A DNA stretch of 64,000 nucleotides from assembly GCA_965287045.1 (NCBI GenBank), contig OZ336886.1, forward strand, positions 40,052,001 to 40,116,000, written 5' to 3'. The notes beneath the pieces were generated by a model that made no database searches, was not told the origin of the DNA, and worked only from the letters and a program-made list of their open reading frames with translations. Position numbers and translations under genes: made by a program. This stretch comes from Carcharhinus amblyrhynchos (Eukaryota). Below, one piece after another: positions 62,695 to 64,000 of this stretch (position 1 is its first letter; each line of letters starts with the position of its first letter).

Positions 62695-62977
62695 GTTATT
62701 TATTAGTCACAAGTAGGCTTACTTTAACACTGCAATGAAGTTACTGTAAAAATTCCCTAGTCGCCACGCTCTGGCACCTGTTCGGGTACACTGAGAGAGA
62801 ATTTATCATGGCCATTGCACCTAACCAGCACATCTTTCAGGCTGTGAGAGGAAGCCCACGCAGACATGGGGAGAACATGCAGACTCCGCACAGACAGTGA
62901 CCCAAGCTGGGAATCGAACCTCGGTTCCTGGTGCTGTGAGGTAGCAGTGCTAGCCAGCGTGCTACTATGCTGCTCCT
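62695..62977 (-). mobile_element. V-SINE, alternative tail, with 9-bp TSD
   Basis: aattctaaa at 62686-62694 and 62978-62986. Confidence 0.9.
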
Positions 62978-63803
62978 AATTCTAAACTGCTCCCAATTCT
63001 CAAGTTTACTACTTTTTCTAACAATTTTATATGACTTCTCTTTGGATCTAAGAATACTTTTAATTTATGTTGTTAGCCATGGTTGGGCCACTTATCCTGC
63101 TGTCTTTTTGATGTATTTGTCCCTAATGCTGCTCGTCCTCATTTCCTCAGCTTTCCACTTTTGCTTTTCTATCTTTAATATCTATCTTTGTTTCCCTCTC
63201 CTAGTCTTCTCATTCAGGACCCATACCCCACCACTGTGGTTGAAAGCCTCCTCACCGTACCAGTGAATACCCATCCCAGGATATTGTCCGTAATCCTGCT
63301 AGAGTGCAACCCATCCAGCTTGTACAGGTCTCAAATTCCCAAATCTGTCTCAGTGCCTCAGAAATCTACAACACTTCCTTCCACATCATCTCTCCAGTCA
63401 CGCATTCATCTGGTCTATTCTTCTACTTCTGATCTCGCTAGCATTTGGCACTGATTGAGATTACTATTTTTGAGGTCTTGCTTTTAAGTTTATTTCCTAC
63501 CTCCCTCTGCTTTCAGGACTTCATCCCTCTTTATACCGGTGTCGTTAGTACCATTATGGGCCATATCCTCTGGCTGCTCACCCTTCTTTAGAATGTTATT
63601 TTCATTAGAGGCAAAAATGTAGCTACAAATTGGCATATAATTATATACCTGTGATTACATCTTACGGCCATATTGTTAATTTTTACAAAATGGAATGGAA
63701 TCCAGATCCATCAGTAATAATTTATGAGTCACAAAGTGAATGGAGGTAAATGAATGGGTAATGTCAGCATGCTACTAACAGATTTAACTGTTAGAAACAC
63801 AGT

Positions 63804-64000
63804 GAGCAGAACTTTCCCAGAGTTTCTGAGTGTCAGAAAGTGTGAAAATGGGAGTCCTCCATGCTGGTCTTTTGGGTGAGCTCGGCACTGTAATATTCCG
63901 GCACTCTGTCAATTTCTTTGATAGTTGGAAGCTTTGCGCAGGTACAGCAGAGTGGTGGTGGCGAAGCCGAAGTACACCAATGAAGCTGGGTTCAGAGTGC
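63804..64000. mobile_element. Left end of a Harbinger-type element running off the window
   Basis: gagcagaactttcccagagtttctgagtgtcagaaag resembles the reverse complement of the 21740-21803 terminus. Confidence 0.55.

Larger units (their letters stand above)
60685..63590 (-). mobile_element. Long decayed CR1 LINE with two SINE insertions
   Basis: LFTIYINDLDEETKYNISKFADDMKLGG (61623-61805), VDLVYLYFQKTF; 3' UTR at 60685-60750. Confidence 0.85.

Overview
Vertebrate genomic DNA, almost certainly from a shark or other elasmobranch, judged from its repeats: HE1/V-SINEs, CR1 LINEs, Meta- and Deu-type SINEs, Penelope-like elements and Harbinger elements/MITEs. The only host gene I can support is the 3' end of FAM204A on the minus strand, which the ORF track misses. 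A 107-nt exon (54007-53901, [36 protein letters not shown]) splices across a 12,557-nt intron to the terminal exon (41343-41292, FEAKRRWETKSNMGYM*), with a likely AATAAA at 41037-41032. Positions 1 to ~41000 are downstream intergenic DNA and >54007 is the next intron. In human this neighbourhood belongs to the EMX2 regulatory landscape (recalled, not verified here), and several repeat-poor islands look like candidate enhancers. Nearly all listed ORFs are TE-derived or chance; the exception is an intact 438-codon CR1 RT frame. The most notable signal is a set of Penelope-derived palindromic mini-elements carrying minimal hammerhead-ribozyme motifs, one with an intact core in FAM204A sense orientation about 210 nt from a 3' splice site. 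I found no clearly novel multi-gene system. Repeat family names come from recalled consensus sequences, and repeat boundaries are approximate unless TSDs/TIRs are quoted.
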